The notes under the pieces are model-generated. The model did not search any database, was not told the DNA's origin, and saw only the letters and a program-made list of their open reading frames with translations. From Chiloscyllium plagiosum (taxonomy: Eukaryota), in assembly GCF_004010195.1 (NCBI RefSeq), contig NC_057749.1, forward strand, positions 22,146,983 through 22,166,982: a stretch of DNA of 20,000 nucleotides, given 5' to 3'. The position numbers were made by a program, and so were the translations under genes. Shown in pieces: positions 19,801 to 20,000 of the stretch; the first letter of the stretch is position 1; the number at the start of each line of letters is the position of its first letter.

Positions 19801-19883
19801 GTTCATCTGGATCCGGCACTCATGAGGCATAGACACCAGAATGTAGTGTATTCACTCTCACCCCAATCTGGAAAGCACAGACT

Positions 19884-20000
19884 CCCCATCACCCCCAGCC
19901 CCATCACCGACACCCACACTCCCCATCACCCCCAGCCCCATCACCGACACCCACAATCCCCATCACCCCCATGCCCATCACCCACACTCACATTCCCCAT
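19884..20000. repeat. 37-bp C-rich minisatellite, 3+ copies, running off the window end
   Basis: CCCCATCACCCCCAGCCCCATCACCGACACCCACACT starts at 19884, with variants at 19921, 19958 and 19995. Confidence 0.88.

Overview
Eukaryotic, repeat-saturated genomic DNA, most likely from a cartilaginous fish (shark). This is inferred from HE1/V-SINE-like SINEs and CR1 LINE 3' ends sharing their tail; the window also has two N gaps. I found no intact host protein-coding gene. The background is a set of old, frameshifted Ty3/Gypsy LTR-retrotransposon relics, all on the + strand: RT-end/RNase H/integrase at about 3.0-8.7 kb, a gag N-terminus at about 9.9 kb, and gag-protease-RT-RNase H at about 11.8-19.7 kb. 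A decayed RTE-clade LINE sits at the left edge. These relics are split by younger CR1 fragments, tRNA-derived SINEs, Penelope-like element (PLE) fragments, CA-rich simple repeats and a 3.1-kb 44-bp minisatellite with an exact 660-bp higher-order period. The most interesting signal is RNA-level: the PLE termini carry minimal hammerhead-ribozyme cores (CUGANGA-stem II-GAAA-NUH). Eight such motifs are visible; four keep both catalytic boxes and four are decayed. Two of them lie back-to-back in a 207-bp near-perfect palindrome. All protein-family calls are by-eye motif matches from memory, not database searches.
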